In this document: piece by piece, positions 1-10,524 of the stretch
How the letters are laid out: each line of letters opens with the position of its first letter
Position numbering within the stretch: the stretch's first letter is position 1
Assembly: GCF_964204645.1 (NCBI RefSeq)
Contig: NC_134033.1
Location: 2,624,131 to 2,688,130 of the forward strand
Direction: 5' to 3'
DNA length: 64,000 nucleotides
Source of the DNA: Tubulanus polymorphus
Taxonomy: Eukaryota > Animalia > Nemertea
Program-made: the position numbers and the translations under genes
Notes under the pieces: generated by a model
What the model was told of the DNA's origin: nothing
Database searches by the model: none
Seen by the model: only the letters and a program-made list of their open reading frames with translations

Positions 1-293
1 CATACGCTATATGTGACTGTACGGACAAGTTGGCCAGTTTGGTGTCCTTGTTAGTGCAGAGAATTAATGGCTCCAAAACCAATCGTAGAGAAACCCCCAT
101 CATTCGATTCTTTGTTAGGATGCTGTGGAATATATTAGCCCGGATATTAACGCTTCCTCGACAGTGCGTTTTCTGCGTGAATTTCTTTATATACGTAACA
201 ACGCTGAAAGTTTTCCGACACAAACTTGTCGGTGTTTTCCGCTGTAACTGTCGCCGAACGATTCCGAGTCAGTCCCATTTGTCAGTGGGATAA
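1..293 (+). CDS. 3' end (TM6-TM7-C-tail) of a class A GPCR cut by the window edge; duplicate of the end of 49977..51197
   Basis: Matches 50905..51197; PRQCVFCVNFFIY TM7 motif. Confidence 0.85.
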   Translation, partial: YAICDCTDKLASLVSLLVQRINGSKTNRRETPIIRFFVRMLWNILARILTLPRQCVFCVNFFIYVTTLKVFRHKLVGVFRCNCRRTIPSQSHLSVG

Positions 294-2203
294 GGCGAGA
301 TGCATTCACTATCAGTGTTGAGCGGTATCGGGTTCGAGTCCTGCTGCCTGCTTATAGCGTGTGCGGGCTTCGAGTCCTGCTGGCTGCTTATTGTGTGCGG
401 GCAACACTTCGCAGACCTTGGTCCCGTCGGGTTATAATCCCGTGGGGTAAGCATTGGGAAAACTAATTCAGTGCTGAGTTACAAGCTGGTTCTAGTCCTG
501 CTGGCTGTGTACAGTGTACGGGGCCTTAATCCCATCCTGAAGGTGAAACCATGATAAATGGATAACCCAACAGGGTTAGTATGTTGTGAAACCAAGATCC
601 AACTGACGTAAAGCAAGATAAACTCTCATTACAAATCAAACGTTATTAATATCACTAAAACTGTACCATTTAATCGATTCTCTTCACTTGATATCAATGT
701 TGTTGAAGCTTTAAACAAGAAAACTAACTAACTCAGTTTATTGAAGCCTTGAACGATAAAATACATTGCTTTATATTGTCGAAAATGAATAACTGAACGT
801 TTGTGTTAAAACAGGGGGATTAAACGAAAATGATACCAGGACTCAACTACATCGGCGGTGCATGTCGTATTCAGATTTCACACTGGTTGCATTTTGGTAG
901 TAAATTTATATCGAATATTCAATTCAATGTTGTCCTTATTGCGATCGAAATTCATCTTAAAGAGAACATAAAAATTCATCAGAAAGACAATAAGATTCGG
1001 GCCATATTAAAAAAGATACGACACTCGATATTCACTAATCTTTTTTTTACATTTTTACACTATTCGTTTTAACGCTGCGTTAAAACCAAACTTTCGGCGA
1101 GACCAACTCAAAAAAAAAAATCAAACCAAATCGACCAATCAAAAAAATTATAGGGTCAATCCGTAATTTCAGATAAAGAAAATTCTAACCTATCGTTTTT
1201 TACTGCGAATTAAGCAAATATGGTTTCAATAAAAAAAAACAGGTTAAACCCGAAAAGACCACGTTACAACGAACAACTGATCTTTCTTAAAATCTTAAAG
1301 CAGTCATTGACCCTGAAGTTCATTTAATAGGTAGATTTCGCTTAATTTGTTTCGATTTGATCAGTGTCCCTTACAGACCCATCCACCACACCTGCCGGGA
1401 TCGAAACAAGGGGTTCGAATTAGCAATCGAAGTACAGATATAGTTGGCGATATATATCCGATCGGTTGTCGGATTTACAGAATTTTTTCGTTTAAATCGA
1501 AGTACGTAATTGGAACTGGTTTACATGGCTCAAAACGAGAAAAATGTGGCGTTATGGCGGCTAGAAACTTTAAAACGGTTACTAAATCTTACATTCAACG
1601 AGCGCTCTTTCAGTTACTTGTTACTTACTTGGCCATATCTCTGTAAACTAGCTGTCAATAAATTTGTTGCGAAGTTAGACATTTTTGCGCGAAATGGATC
1701 CTCGGACACATTGGTGGTTCAAAGAGTTTTCGATTGCGACAACGAGAAACTAGGGTTTCGATTTTGAAAATCGATCGGAAACCGAAGCACGGATAGCTGG
1801 ATGTTTTAGCATTGGTTCTGGATATTCAAAGTTATGCCGCGGCTTTAGTAGTGAATACATATAGTTTGAGTTCATCTCATATTGTCGCATCAAACCACGA
1901 AATAGAATATGCATACATGTTACATGTATATACATATTTCTGCGCGTGATTTCAAAAATAATACACGACGAGAAATATGTTCACAGTTCGTCTGTAATTT
2001 TCATGTTGCTGCATAAAGCCGACAGATTCGTAGCGCGTTCAGCAACCATGTACGGAAAAAACCGGGAGTGTCAATCTAAAGAGCTTACCGGAGGAGAGAG
2101 TGAGGAGAGATATCGTAAACTCGATGTTACATAGAACTGAATCAGTTTGTGCGAAGGGGAAAACTTCAAGTTATTTCTCAAACGCTCGTGAGATTAATTT
2201 ACG

Positions 2204-3356
2204 ATGAGAAATCTAACCCTAACACCGCTACCCCCACCACGTCCGCTTCCACCGCCACAGTTTATCCGGGCGTTCGCGCAATTCCTCCGTGATTACGATG
2301 TTTATAGACGCATGGATTTCGCTGAAGTATTGTTCCTGTATCCGCTGGGAAGCGTGTTCAACTTTCTGACAATCATTTTACTGATAAAGTGTCGCAGATT
2401 TCAGTCGGTTCGCTACACGTTTCCCTATCTCATAACTATAGCGTTTACGGATCAACTTGTCGTGTTGTTTGGTTTAAGAACATTCGCTGACACCATTATG
2501 ATAATTGTTATCGACGAATTAGGATATTATCCGGAATGTAAGAGTTGGATGGTGTTTGAAAGTAAAGAGGCAAGTGCATTATGTCCTTCGATTTACTATT
2601 ACTGGTACTATTTCTATAGTGTAATAGAACGGAATATTCCGATATGTTTCATCGAGAATTTGTTCAATAATCAAGCGATCACTGTGTCTAATAATATCAT
2701 CGTTGTGATTTCTATCGAGAGATTTGTCTCCGTTCGTTTTCCTTTTTTTCACATGCAACATTTTACCGTTACTCGACGTAGATTCGCCGTAATAATTGTA
2801 GTCGTGTTTGCTACTATTTTACACATAGATTTACCGATATCACCGATACAATGTCATTGTTAAAACATACAGATCTGTTGCGGTATTTATTCGGGATATA
2901 GTCCCGGCTTTGATTGTAGTAATAACATCAGTGGCAACTGCTAGAATTCGCCGGGGAGGTAAAACACGTATTGACGCCTCAGTCGGCAACAGTTGTCATA
3001 AAACTGAAACCAGTAAAACACTTCTACTAATTGTTCTTGTTTATCTGGTACTAGTAATACCATACGCTATATGTGACTGTACGAACAAGTTAAGTAATTT
3101 GGTGAACTCGTTAGTGCATAGAATTAATGGCTTCAGAATCACTGAACAACGAACCCCCACCATTCACTTTTATACAGTAATGCTGTGGCCATTCTTTACG
3201 CAGATATTAACGATTCCTCGACAGTGCGTTTTCTGTGTGAATTTCTTTATATACGTAACAACGCTGAAAGTTTTCCGACACAAACTTGTCAGTTTTTTCC
3301 GCTGTAACTGTCGCCGAACGATTCTGAGTCAGTCCCGCGGTAGCTCAGTGGGATAA
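2204..3356 (+). pseudogene. GPCR pseudogene, frameshifted by a deletion in ECL2
   Basis: Relative to paralogue 13532..14743, 66 nt are deleted and CACCGAT is inserted at 2841-2847 (net -59); split into ORFs 2204..2863 and 2910..3356. Confidence 0.9.
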
Positions 3357-4032
3357 GGCGACGATTCCCTTAAAAAGTCCTAAGCTTTGTTCGTATATGG
3401 ACGATTCCACACTCTGTAGGAAGGTCGAAACATTGTCTCTGTTTCGTTACAAGTTAGAAGAAAGATTTCCATTTAAAAAGCGAGCGTGAAGTAAAAAATG
3501 CAGTGAAAACAACATTTGCATTTCAAAAATGGTTGCGCTTTAAAACAAACAGAAATCCTACTTACCAAACAATGATTATTGCCAACGACCTTCAGACTTC
3601 TGTGCGCACTTCCTTTTATGGTTTCCGGATTCAGTTGATGAGATAATCCCGAGTCTAATTTCCTCAAGTTATGGATGGAAAACGTTAGCGAACTTTAGAA
3701 ATGTATATTCCGATAAGGTAAATCGCTTGTCGTGTGGACTGAACACCGCGAGAACAACATTGAATAAAACCGCGTCAAAATAACTATATTCGAAGTTGAG
3801 AACACTGAAATTGTACGCGTGATTCAAGAAGTCGTCAGTTGTTTTCAATCGCTCTCATGTCGCGTAGTTGCAAATTAGCGAAATGAATTTCATCTCCCTG
3901 AAAACTAGACATTAACGCGATTTTGAATGTGACCAGTTTGAAAATAGTTTTAAAAATCGATCTCGGGACCTATGAAATATAAAGAAACACGTGGTACAAA
4001 TATTTTCTCAAAAGAAACGGCACAACAAACAG

Positions 4033-4121
4033 GGTCTTGTTCGACAGTCATGAGTTAGAGTTAACTCTGAGTTAAAATCAGTTCATTTCCAATGAGTTAA
4101 CTCTGAGTCAGGTACTGAATC
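4033..4121. mobile_element. Putative ~90-bp MITE (PIF/Harbinger-like) in type B spacer; other copies 15425-15517, 19202-19295, 37300-37392, 48669-48757, 54937-55025
   Basis: CAG on both sides in most copies; imperfect termini GGTCCAGT/ACTGGATC (best at 19202); two GAGTTAACTC palindromes; block absent from the homologous spacer near 28520-28545. Confidence 0.4.
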
Positions 4122-4656
4122 CAGGACAAAAGTACCCTAACAAAATGGCGGCTAGTAATTGGTTACTAAAACTTATATCCAATGCGCGCTCATTCAAATA
4201 CTTATTCCTTACTTGGCCATCTCTATCTAAACTGTCTATACATTTGTTGCGAGGTTCCAGTTTATCGCAAAACGTCATAAACGTTCTAGGAAGGACAGTG
4301 TTCTGTGTCGTGGTTCGTGTAGTTGAATGCAGCGGTGAAAGATATATGAGGGACTGGTACAAAGTGACCGGTCACCTGTTTATTGTAATGCGACAAACAC
4401 GACCGAGCATCTGGCGAAACCCAGTGTGGCGAAAACGCGGCCGATTTCAAAAATTGCGAAAACATCTCTTAAATTGTCAAGTCAGATTGTCGAATCTAAT
4501 AAGCAAAGTTCTACAAGATAGGCTCAATGTTTCTGGTATATTGATTATAAATCAATTTTCAACCACGTGTGACCGTTATAACCACAGTTGGGGTAATATC
4601 AATCACGACAGATCATCCAGATGTGACACGATGCCCCGAAGCAAACTTGACGACAA

Positions 4657-4729
4657 GCCTCCATAGCTCAGGGGTTAGAGCACTGGTCTTGTAAACCAGG
4701 GGTCGAGAGTTCAAATCTCTCTGGGGGCA
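4657..4729 (+). tRNA. trnT-UGU: tRNA-Thr(TGT), intact
   Basis: GCCTCCA TA GCTC AGGGGTTA GAGC A CTGGT CTTGTAA ACCAG GGGTC GAGAG TTCAAAT CTCTC TGGGGGC A folds into a full cloverleaf; T-run terminator about 10 nt downstream. Confidence 0.95.
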
Positions 4730-4994
4730 TGGCAGCAAATTTTTTCGCGAAATGATGGATCCTCGGACACTGGTGATTCAATGAAATGTAGGGGTTTGAT
4801 TTGAAAAGTCGATCGGAAATCGAAGCACGGACAGTTGGATGGATTGGTTCTGGAAATTCTGGAAGTTATGCTGTAGCTTTAGTGGTGAATATATATCTAC
4901 AACAACATAGTTAAATTCCTCTCATATTGACGCATCAAACCACCAAATAGAACATGTTATATGTATATACATATTTATGCGTGTGATTTCAAAA

Positions 4995-5120
4995 ATAATA
5001 CACGACGAGAAATATGTTCACAGTTCGTCTGTAATTTGCATGTTGCTGCATAAAGCCGACAGATTCGAAGCACGTTCAACAACCATGTATGGAAAAAGAT
5101 AGTGAGTGTCAATTTAGAGA
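4995..5120 (+). promoter_or_regulatory. Conserved upstream block shared by the full-length GPCR copies (putative core promoter); this copy is representative
   Basis: CACGACGAGAAATATGTTCACAGTTCGTCTGTAATTTGCATGTTGCTGCATAAAGCCGACAGATTCG lies about 200-320 nt before each ATG in both spacer types (5' part missing before 28884); octamer ATTTGCAT at 5034-5041 and TATA-like CATAAAG. Confidence 0.5.
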
Positions 5121-5140
5121 GCTTACCGGCAGTCTGACGT

Positions 5141-5225
5141 AAGGGAGTGAGAGAGGGAGGAGAGAGGGAGTAGAGAGTTGGAGAGAGAGAGGGAGGAGAG
5201 AGAGATGGCAGAGTGAGGGAGAGAT
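5141..5225 (+). repeat. GA-rich polypurine tract upstream of the ATG; length varies between copies
   Basis: Long at 5141, 32013 and 38361, short before 2204, 13532 and 49977. Confidence 0.8.
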
Positions 5226-5318
5226 ATCGTAAACTCGATGTTACGTAGAACTGAATCAGTTGACGCGAAGGAGGAAAACTTCAGGTTATTTCTCAAACGC
5301 TCGTGAGATTTATATACG

Positions 5319-6563
5319 ATGAGAAATTTTACGCTGTCGCCGCTACCGCAGCTACTACCGACACGGCAGCTACTACCGACACGACAGCTACTACCGACAC
5401 GGCCGCCACCTTCGCGGCCAATGCCGCAGTTTATCAGGGCTTTCAATAAATTCCTCTACGAAAACAATGTTTTTATGCGCGTTGATATCGCTGAAGTATT
5501 GTTCCTGTATCCGCTGGGAAGCGCGTTCAACTTTCTGACGATCATTTTACTGATGAAGTGTCGCAGATTTCAGTCGGTTCGTTACACGTTCCCCTATCTC
5601 ATAACACTAGCGTTTTCGGATCAACTTGTCGTATTGTTTGGTTTAAGGAAATTCGCGAACACCATTGTGTCAATCCTAACCCGTGGATTAGGATACTATC
5701 CGGAATGTAAAAGTTGGACACTACTTGGGCGTCAAAAGGGCATCGCATCATGTCCATCGATTTATTATTATTGGCATTATTTCTATCGTGTAATTGAACG
5801 GTATACTCCGGTTTGTTACATCGATAATTTGTTCAATAATCAAGCGATCACTGTGTCTAATTATATCATCGTTGTGATTTCTATCGAGAGATTTGTTTCC
5901 GTTCGTTTTCCTTTTCTTCACATGCAACATTTCACAGAAACTCGACGTAGATTCGCCATAATAATTGTAGTCGTTTTTGCCTTCATTTTAAACTTGGATT
6001 TACCGATATTTAATCGAATTAGGTTATCAAAGATTGGCTTATACTTATGTAGTTATAATAATCCCGACAACACTCTCATGGTTCAAACATACAGATCTGT
6101 TGCGGTATTTATTCGGGATATAGTCCCGGCTTTAATTGTATTAACAACATCAGTGGCAACTGCTAGAATTCGCCGTGGAGGTAAAACACGTATTGGCGCC
6201 TCAGTCGGCAACAGTCGTCATAAAACTGAAACCAGTAAAACACTTCTACTAATAGTTCTTGTTTATCTGTTACTAGTAATGCCATACGCTACATGTGACT
6301 GTACGGACAAGTTGAGCAGTTTGGTGCCCTTGTTGGTGCGTCGAATAAATGGCTTCAAAATCACTTTTAGAACAACCCCCATCATTTTCTTCTTTGTTAG
6401 GAAACTGTGGAATATATTAGCCCGGATATTAACGCTTCCTCGACAGTGCGTTTTCTGCGTGAATTTCTTTATATACGTAACAACGCTGAAAGTTTTCCGA
6501 CACAAACTTGTCGGTGTTTTCCGCTGTAACTGTCGCCGAACGGTTCAGAGTCAGTCCCTGTAG
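5319..6563 (+). CDS. Class A GPCR, 414 aa, N-terminal (QLLPTR)x3
   Basis: Seven hydrophobic segments; GSAFN (TM1), LAFSD (TM2), C..SIERF (TM3), ECL2 Cys, TM5 and TM6 prolines, NFFIY (TM7); N-glycosylation site NFT at residue 3. Confidence 0.9.
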   Translation: MRNFTLSPLPQLLPTRQLLPTRQLLPTRPPPSRPMPQFIRAFNKFLYENNVFMRVDIAEVLFLYPLGSAFNFLTIILLMKCRRFQSVRYTFPYLITLAFSDQLVVLFGLRKFANTIVSILTRGLGYYPECKSWTLLGRQKGIASCPSIYYYWHYFYRVIERYTPVCYIDNLFNNQAITVSNYIIVVISIERFVSVRFPFLHMQHFTETRRRFAIIIVVVFAFILNLDLPIFNRIRLSKIGLYLCSYNNPDNTLMVQTYRSVAVFIRDIVPALIVLTTSVATARIRRGGKTRIGASVGNSRHKTETSKTLLLIVLVYLLLVMPYATCDCTDKLSSLVPLLVRRINGFKITFRTTPIIFFFVRKLWNILARILTLPRQCVFCVNFFIYVTTLKVFRHKLVGVFRCNCRRTVQSQSL

Positions 6564-6564
6564 T

Positions 6565-8866
6565 TTGATTTGTTTGATTTGAACACTTTATTTTTCAAAT
6601 ATAATTTACAGCATAGTGTACAAAGCATAATACAAAATACAGTAAATTAGACCTGGAGGGGCCTGTAGAAACTAAGGAATAGTTTGTATAAAACAGGTCC
6701 CTCAAAAGAGAAAAGAAAAAAAGAGAAATGCAATAAAGAAAATAATATGCTCACAGTCAACCCTTAACACACAAAATGCAATCAAAGTAAACTATGATAA
6801 CAGCTCGATTAAGATATAATCATTTAATAAGCCAGTTATTTTCTGAAATATTCCAAAAACAATAATTTTAGTTCGAATAACTGTATGATAAAATCAAGCA
6901 CAAAGTTGCTTTCTATAATTTCTTAGGAACAGTTTAGAATTTCCATGTTTTTTAGATTTTCACTGATGTTATTCCAAAGTAAAGGGCCGGATACTTTTAC
7001 TGAAAATTTTCTTCTTAGACTATTGAAAGAAAGTGTTTGTAAATCTTGACGTCGCCGAGTATCGTGACTGTGGATTTGAAAATTTTGGTTCCAATAATTT
7101 TCGAATGATTTCGGTAATTCGGAGTGGACAGATCTGTAGATAAAAGTACCTAGCTGAAGTTTATTGATATCTTTGAGCTTGAGGATATTAAAAGCTTTGA
7201 ATATAGGGTCAGTGTGCGCCAAATAATAGGAATTAGAAATTAGCCTGATAGCTCTTTTTTGCAATACAATTAATGGCTGAAGTTTATTTTCAAAATTTCG
7301 TCCCCAAACTAAGTTACAATACTGGAGGTAAGGATCAATAAGCGACAAATAAAGGGTACGAAGAGAACTCACTGGCAGCTTATGTCTTACTCTATTTATT
7401 ATACCAATGCTTCGAGAAACTTTTTTTTCAACTGATTTTATGTGATCGTCCCAGGTTAAATTTCTGTCAATAAAAACTCCAAGAAAATTTGTGACATTGA
7501 CTTGTTTGATCTCTATATTGTTAATTGATATTCTCAAGTTATGTTTCAATAGTTTACCGAACACCATAAATGACGTCTTCTTTACATTTAATGACAGCTT
7601 GTTTGTTTGAAACCAGGTATACAATTTTGATAATTCAATGTTTACTGTACGTACTAATCTGTCTAAATTAATGTCACTATAAAAGGCATTTGTGTCATCG
7701 GCAAACAATATAAGTTTTAACACATTAGAAAATTTAATACAGTCGTTTACATATAATAAAAAAAGCAAGGGACCTAAAATTGAGCCTTGGGGTACTCCAG
7801 TTTTAACGGTACATAACGAGGATTTATAATTTTGAATTTGAACAAATTGTTTTCTATTCTTCAAATAGTTTTCAAACCAGTTGTTAGAGATGCCTCTTAT
7901 TCCATAAAAACATAATTTTCTTAATAAGATTTCGTGATCAACGGTGTCAAAGGCTTTTGATAAATCTAAGAATACCCCAATAGTTGATTTGTTTTCTTCT
8001 AAATTTTGTGAAATTTCATCAGTTATCATTGTTAAGGCCATGGCAGTTGAATGGTTCTTTCGAAAGCCGAACTGGTTTGGTTGAATGATATGAAACTTGT
8101 TACAATATTCGGTTAATCGATTATACACTATCTTTTCGAGAATTTTAGAAAAGCAAGGCAGTACGGATATCGGTCTGTAATTATCAAAAGAGTCATTATT
8201 GCCAGCTTTATAGAGTGGACGTATTCGCGCTACCTTCAGTTCAGCCGGCACTATACCGGAATTTAAGCTACAGTTAAATATATGAGTTAGCGGGTATTTT
8301 ACAGAATCAATTATTTTCTTAACTACTTTTACAGAGAAACCATCAGCACCAGCGCCTTTGCTGGGTGAGAAATCATTTACAATCTGACTGATTTCATCAG
8401 GGTGGGTCGGGAAAAAGAAAAAGTTTTCATTTACTGGATCTGTCAGATATTCACTGAAGTTGACACCTGTATCTGGTATTTGATTGGCTAGGTTGCTACC
8501 AATATTTACAAAGAAAGAATTAAATTCATTAGCGATATTTTCATAGCCGTTTACAACGATACCGTTTCTTTTGAAAGAGCAAGGTAATCTACACCGATCA
8601 TTGGAAGATTTTCCAATTAGACTGTTTAAGATATTCCATGATTTTTTCATGTCGGATTTGGCTGCAAGTAATTTAGTCTCATAATACTTTTTCTCGGCAT
8701 ATTTGAGTGTACGAGACAAGGTTCGTTTGTAATTCAAATAATTTTTCAAATGTGATCTATTACGCAAAGATTTTCTGTACAAGCGATTTTTGTGTTTAAT
8801 ACATTTCAATAATCCAGATGATAACCACGGTTTATGTAATTTATTTTCGTTTATTTTACGGGGAGT
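6565..8866 (-). mobile_element. 5'-truncated non-LTR retrotransposon (CR1/L2 group, Crack-like)
   Basis: RT ORF; 3' UTR with stem-loop (6656-6703), AATAAA and CAAAT-type repeat tail; TAGT on both sides (6561-6564, 8867-8870); absent at the same site in paralogues. Confidence 0.92.
6923..8866 (-). CDS. LINE ORF2 reverse transcriptase, endonuclease domain lost by 5' truncation
   Basis: NYRPIS, QFGFR, DLSKAFD, VPQGSILGP, FADD motifs; frame stays open upstream of 8809 (KPWLSSG) to the junction. Confidence 0.92.
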   Translation of the reverse strand, partial: TPRKINENKLHKPWLSSGLLKCIKHKNRLYRKSLRNRSHLKNYLNYKRTLSRTLKYAEKKYYETKLLAAKSDMKKSWNILNSLIGKSSNDRCRLPCSFKRNGIVVNGYENIANEFNSFFVNIGSNLANQIPDTGVNFSEYLTDPVNENFFFFPTHPDEISQIVNDFSPSKGAGADGFSVKVVKKIIDSVKYPLTHIFNCSLNSGIVPAELKVARIRPLYKAGNNDSFDNYRPISVLPCFSKILEKIVYNRLTEYCNKFHIIQPNQFGFRKNHSTAMALTMITDEISQNLEENKSTIGVFLDLSKAFDTVDHEILLRKLCFYGIRGISNNWFENYLKNRKQFVQIQNYKSSLCTVKTGVPQGSILGPLLFLLYVNDCIKFSNVLKLILFADDTNAFYSDINLDRLVRTVNIELSKLYTWFQTNKLSLNVKKTSFMVFGKLLKHNLRISINNIEIKQVNVTNFLGVFIDRNLTWDDHIKSVEKKVSRSIGIINRVRHKLPVSSLRTLYLSLIDPYLQYCNLVWGRNFENKLQPLIVLQKRAIRLISNSYYLAHTDPIFKAFNILKLKDINKLQLGTFIYRSVHSELPKSFENYWNQNFQIHSHDTRRRQDLQTLSFNSLRRKFSVKVSGPLLWNNISENLKNMEILNCS

Positions 8867-9050
8867 TAGTCAGTGGGATAAGGCGAGATGCATTCACTAT
8901 CAGTGTTGAGCGGTATCGGGTTCGAGTCCTGCTGCCTGCAGCGTGTGCGGGCTTCGAGTCCTGCTGGCTGCTTATAGAGTGTGCGGGCAACACTTCGCGG
9001 ACCTTGGTCCCGTCGGGATAGAATCTCGGGGGGGGGGGGCAGTCTTGGGA
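8867..9050 (+). repeat. tRNA-like/SINE-like head that starts type A spacers; other copies near 275, 10516, 21604, 24815 (divergent), 30098, 33400, 39785, 41448, 44674, 51178
   Basis: A-box-like TAG(C)TCAGTGG followed about 50 nt later by B-box GGTTCGAGTCC; ~36-bp B-box unit tandemly duplicated; G-tract follows in most copies. Confidence 0.6.
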
Positions 9051-9991
9051 AAACCAATCCGGTGTAGAATCACAAATCCAGCTTCCCATCCTAATGTAAA
9101 CGATGGTAATAATTAACCCAACAGGGTTAGTGTGGTGAAATTAAGATCCAACTGACGTAAAGCGCTGAGTTACAAGCAGGTTCTAGTCCTGCTGGCTGTG
9201 TACAGTGTACGGGGCCTTAATCCCATCCTGAAGGTAAAACCATGATAAATGAACCCAACAGGGTTAGTATGTGGTGAAACCAAGATCCAACTCTAAAGCA
9301 AGACAAACACTAATTTGAAATAAAACGTTATTAATATCACTAAAACTGTACCATTTAATCAATTCTCTTCACTTGATATTAATGTTGTTGAAGCTTTAAA
9401 CAAGAAAACTAACTAACTCAGTTTATTGAAGCCTTGAACGATAAAATGCATTGCTTTATATTGTCGATAATGAATTACTGAGCGTTTTTGTTAAAACAGG
9501 GCGGATTTGACGAAAATATGGTCAATATACCAGGTCTAAACCGCATCTGCGGTGCATATCGCATTCAGATTTCAATGGTCACATTTAGGTAGTGAATTTA
9601 TATCGACAATTCAATGTTGTCCTAATTGCGATCGAAATTCATTTTAAAGAAGACATAAAAATTCATCAGATAGAAAATAATATTCGGGCCACATTCAACA
9701 AGATACGACGCTCGATAATCACTAATCATTTTTTTTTAACATTTTTACACTATTCGTTTTAACGCCACGTTACAACCAACCTTTCGGGGAGACCAACTCA
9801 AAAAATCAAACGAAATCATCGACCAATCAAATAAATTATAGGGTCAATCCGTATTTTAATATATAGAAAGAATTAGCCTTTCGTTTTTACTGCGAATCAG
9901 CAAATATGGTTTCAACAAAAAAAAACAGGTTAAACCCGAAAAGACCACGTTACAACGAACAACTGATCTTTCTTAAAATTTTTAAGTAGTG

Positions 9992-10524
9992 ACCACGAGT
10001 TCTACTGTAGTCATTACAGTAATATTGACAACACTGTCATGGTTCAAACATACAGATCTGTTGCGGTATTTATTCGGGTTATAGTCCCGGCTTTGATTGT
10101 AGTAACAACATCAGTGGCAACTGCTAGAATTCGCCGGGGAGGTAAAACACGTATTGGCGCCTCAGTCGGCAACAGTCGTCATAAAACTGAAACCAGTAAA
10201 ACACTCCTACTAATACTTCTTGTTTATCTGGTACTAGTTCTACCATACGCTATATGTGACTGTACGGACAAGTTGGCCAGTTTGGTGTCCTCGTTAGTGC
10301 AGAGAATTAATGGCTTCAAAATCACTTTTAGAACAATCCCCATCATTTTCTTCTTTGTTAGGATGCTGTGGAATATATTAGCCCGGATATTAACGCTTCC
10401 TCGACAGTGCGTTTTCTGCGTGAATTTCTTTATATACGTAACAACACTGAGAGTTTTCCGACACAAACTTGTCGGTGTTTTCCGCTGTAACTGTCGCCGA
10501 ACGGTTCCGAGTCAGTCCCAGTAG
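9992..10524 (+). pseudogene. 5'-truncated GPCR (ECL2 to C-terminus only)
   Basis: Spacer sequence AAGTAGTG is fused directly to ACCACGAGTTCTACTGT (HEFYC of ECL2); promoter block and TM1-4 missing. Confidence 0.9.

Noticed and set aside
1347-2134. Recurrent spacer ORFs (MFRFDQCP.., MAQNEKNVALWRLE.., ..[12 protein letters not shown]..)
   Set aside because: They recur only because spacers are duplicated; frames and stops differ between copies, many starts are non-ATG, and no domain is recognisable
4145-4666. 173-aa ORF in the type B spacer
   Set aside because: Broken or frameshifted in the other B spacers and runs into the tRNA gene
5748-6505. Repeated minus-strand ORFs (MLHVKKRK.., MCRKTLSVV..)
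   Set aside because: Antisense shadows of conserved GPCR coding blocks
6923-8809. Reverse transcriptase beside variable genes as a DGR- or retron-like diversifier
   Set aside because: It is a standard 5'-truncated LINE with tail and short TSD, present at one site only; variation in the receptors is not adenine-specific
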